From a virus (lineage: Duplodnaviria; Caudoviricetes), in the IMG/VR virus record IMGVR_UViG_3300027715_000019, positions 1 through 37,354 of that record: DNA of 37,354 nucleotides, one strand, 5' to 3'. Positions 35,343 to 37,354 of the stretch are shown here, piece by piece. Both the position numbers and the translations under genes were made by a program. Below the pieces are notes generated by a model, which had not been told where the DNA came from, searched no databases, and worked only from the letters and a program-made list of their open reading frames with translations. Each line of letters starts with the position of its first letter. Positions within the stretch are counted from its first letter, which is position 1.

Positions 35343-35714
35343 CTACTCATCCAAATACCTTAGGGCGATTGTTGGGCCAATCAATATAATTAGAGCTATT
35401 ATATAATTGTATTCCATGTAGAACGGTGGCCAATCGATAGGCGTATTTTCCGGCAACGGCCTGCATGTTTCGCAGCTCGTGTAGCCATGCTTGACTGCCT
35501 TCCAGAATGGAACCATGACGGTTCTTCCGTAATAATGACGCTGCCTGTGATATCGCTCGCCCTTCTTGGTGACGTAAACAGCTGGATGCTTTGCCTCGAG
35601 TGCAGACATCCATTGCCCGTAGTCGTCCTGGGTCGACACATAAAAGAGCATGGCAACCGTAAGCGATATCAGGAAGGCAGCGAGAGAAGGACTGACGTTT
35701 CGGTCGTATGTCAT
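35343..35714 (-). CDS. Two-TM membrane protein with small metal-binding-like domain
   Basis: Hydrophobic ends flank VYVTKKGERYHR...AVKHGYTSCETCRP (Ada-like pattern). Confidence 0.7.
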   Translation of the reverse strand: MTYDRNVSPSLAAFLISLTVAMLFYVSTQDDYGQWMSALEAKHPAVYVTKKGERYHRQRHYYGRTVMVPFWKAVKHGYTSCETCRPLPENTPIDWPPFYMEYNYIIALIILIGPTIALRYLDE

Positions 35715-35742
35715 GGCATTGCATTATCTATAAATTTTATCT

Positions 35743-36270
35743 TCAGTCACCCAATATTATTTTATTTATTTTTCCACTAACCAGGAAACTAGATTGTGGC
35801 TTTATTGAACAGTCGATGTCTAAGGAAATATTCTCTTCGCTGGTTACCGCTTCGATTTTGATTGGGATAAACTCTACATTCTCTACGAGTATTACTAGAA
35901 AGCAAGAAATAAATAATTTATTTACATTTTCAAATTTTAATATTTCTTCTTCAGCAATTTCGCAATTTAGTATTACGTCCTCAAAATTAGAGTTAATTGA
36001 GTTTCCAATTAGATAATACTTTCCATTTTTTTGATAAACATTCTCAATAAAAAAATCCCCATAAACCGTCTTGCCCAACATTTCTCTTTGAAATTTAAAT
36101 GCCAAACATCCTGTCGCTATAGATTCTATCTGCTTTGCATATGGAAATTCTTTTAATATGCTGATTGTGTTTTGCTTGTCTTTTTCTAATGTAATTGTTT
36201 TTGTTTTGTTATCTGAGTTACATCCTATTGCGAGTATTGCAAAGATGAATATCAATAATCTTACATTCAT
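35743..36270 (-). CDS. Low-GC putative lipoprotein
   Basis: MNVRLLIFIFAILAIGC lipobox; strongly AT-rich; ATGA overlap with the repressor stop. Confidence 0.75.
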   Translation of the reverse strand: MNVRLLIFIFAILAIGCNSDNKTKTITLEKDKQNTISILKEFPYAKQIESIATGCLAFKFQREMLGKTVYGDFFIENVYQKNGKYYLIGNSINSNFEDVILNCEIAEEEILKFENVNKLFISCFLVILVENVEFIPIKIEAVTSEENISLDIDCSIKPQSSFLVSGKINKIILGD

Positions 36271-37118
36271 TTCTTCTTCGGCCTCCGAAACGTCCCGACC
36301 ATCACGCCCTTGCAGACGATCTTAGTTTCGTCGCCTGGGGAAAATATCTTGGGCGAATAGGCTGAATTGTCACTGATGAGCGCCACCTCTCCGGTTGGCT
36401 CGCGGCGAAACCTCTTGCAAACGCAGGCGGCCCATCCATCGACACAGAAGCAGCCGACCTCTCCGCTTGGGCACTCCGTGACTTGTTTGAATAAGACATA
36501 TTCACCATCCCTGATCCATGATTCCGCTCCAAACATGGAGTCTCCGGAAGCGACCAGGCCGAATGTTGTTTCGTCGTCGTAGATGTCCATGAACAGCTCA
36601 TCGACTTTTTCGCCGGAGGCCGGAAGGTTTGGGTCGAGATTGCAGGCAATCGAGGAATATATGGGGATGGGGCGCTTTCTGGGAGCGACGGGGATTGCGC
36701 CGGGCGGGAGCTTCATCTTTTCTACCTCTGCGATGATCTGAGATGGCAGGAAACCGGGATGGTCTTTTGCCTCGGTCAGAATCTTGTCGAGCCAGTCCCG
36801 GATGGCCTTGGTAGCCTCGTCCGGGGCTGGCTGTTCCGTCCCCGGTTCTTTGATCTGGCCTTCCCACCAGTCCTTGGCATTCCCGTCGGCGCGATCGCGG
36901 GCGGCGGCGAAGAGAAACTTGCGCGTGGTGTCAGGGGAAAGGTTCAGCTTGCGGCAGGCATCGATGATGATGTCGTCGGAAAAGGTTGCCTTTTTCCCAG
37001 CCAGAACGTCGCGAAGATATTGATAGTTGATTCCGCTTTTATCGGACATCTGAACGTATGTTTTCAGCCCAAGGCGCTGAAACTCAAAAGATAACAGCTC
37101 TCTGAATGACATGCCCAT
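36267..37118 (-). CDS. LexA/CI-like repressor (HTH plus S24 peptidase) of element 2
   Basis: N-terminal HTH, ASGDSM, VCKRF, LISDNSAYSP; AGGAGG RBS. Confidence 0.88.
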   Translation of the reverse strand: MGMSFRELLSFEFQRLGLKTYVQMSDKSGINYQYLRDVLAGKKATFSDDIIIDACRKLNLSPDTTRKFLFAAARDRADGNAKDWWEGQIKEPGTEQPAPDEATKAIRDWLDKILTEAKDHPGFLPSQIIAEVEKMKLPPGAIPVAPRKRPIPIYSSIACNLDPNLPASGEKVDELFMDIYDDETTFGLVASGDSMFGAESWIRDGEYVLFKQVTECPSGEVGCFCVDGWAACVCKRFRREPTGEVALISDNSAYSPKIFSPGDETKIVCKGVMVGTFRRPKKK

Positions 37119-37183
37119 ACCTCCTGATTTTATAAGTGTTTCAAGGGTGTGTCATCTATTTTATGTAATTAGTTTAATTTATA

Positions 37184-37212
37184 TTGACATAAATCAAGCG
37201 ACTTGGTATATT
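37184..37212 (+). promoter_or_regulatory. Early promoter of element 2
   Basis: TTGACA-17 bp-TATATT; CAAG-cga-CTTG inverted repeat in the spacer. Confidence 0.7.
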
Positions 37213-37232
37213 CTTGGTGTGAGGTGCAAAAC

Positions 37233-37354
37233 ATGAAACGTATCGACCTGATTCCGATGGAAAAAGCCATCGAAAGAATGCGCGAGATCATTGGTGATAT
37301 TATCTCTCGCGCTACCTACTACAACCTCGCAAAACGTGGACAGATAAAGTGTAT
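37233..37354 (+). CDS. HTH DNA-binding protein (excisionase/AlpA-like), partial
   Basis: GAGGTG RBS; MKRIDLIPMEKAIERMREIIGDIISRATYYNLAKRGQIKC, divergent from the repressor. Confidence 0.7.
   Translation, partial: MKRIDLIPMEKAIERMREIIGDIISRATYYNLAKRGQIKC

Larger units (their letters stand above)
32388..37354. mobile_element. Second integrated element (prophage-like), integrase-immunity end
   Basis: Serine integrase, cargo genes, LexA-like repressor and divergent HTH gene; continues past the right edge. Confidence 0.85.

Noticed and set aside
35180-35714. Stop-codon readthrough or recoding, since the repressor remnant is in frame after TAG 35343
   Set aside because: One-in-three chance of frame match; other genes are full length under the standard code
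1-37354. Diversity-generating retroelement, retron, invertible tail cassette or lysis cassette
   Set aside because: No reverse transcriptase motif, long near-identical repeat, invertase, holin or endolysin recognised in the window; they could lie beyond the left edge

Overview
The window holds two integrated elements joined back to back. Positions 1 to about 32400 are most of a lambda-like temperate siphophage, almost all on the minus strand. From left to right it carries tail genes (FN3-repeat tail tip running off the left edge, tape measure, frameshifted G/GT chaperones, tail tube), head genes (gpE-type capsid, S49 protease with nested scaffold, lambda-type portal, gpW), GpA-type terminase with a cosQ-like motif, MazG-like and DPPY methyltransferase genes, an iteron-bearing origin, a primase-SF3 helicase, an SSB/ERCC4/UvrD/Rad50-like/annealase-like recombination block, small early regulators, and a plus-strand CI-like repressor followed by three small membrane proteins. 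At 32387-32407 lies the 3' end of a tRNA (probably Leu), preceded by tyrosine-integrase-type arm repeats. To its right a second element begins: a large serine integrase that stops inside the tRNA fragment, a DUF1828-like gene pair, low-GC membrane/lipoprotein cargo, a second LexA-like repressor and a divergent HTH gene cut by the right edge. The most unusual signals are a five-hairpin early leader with a perfect loop-loop complement where a cro gene would normally sit, a stand-alone paralog of the primase C-terminal domain, a D-armless tRNA-like fold, an Ogr-like gene with an internal promoter and switchable leader, and a fossil repressor 3' end. All family assignments come from motif reading and gene order, not database searches. 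Several starts were trimmed relative to the ORF track.
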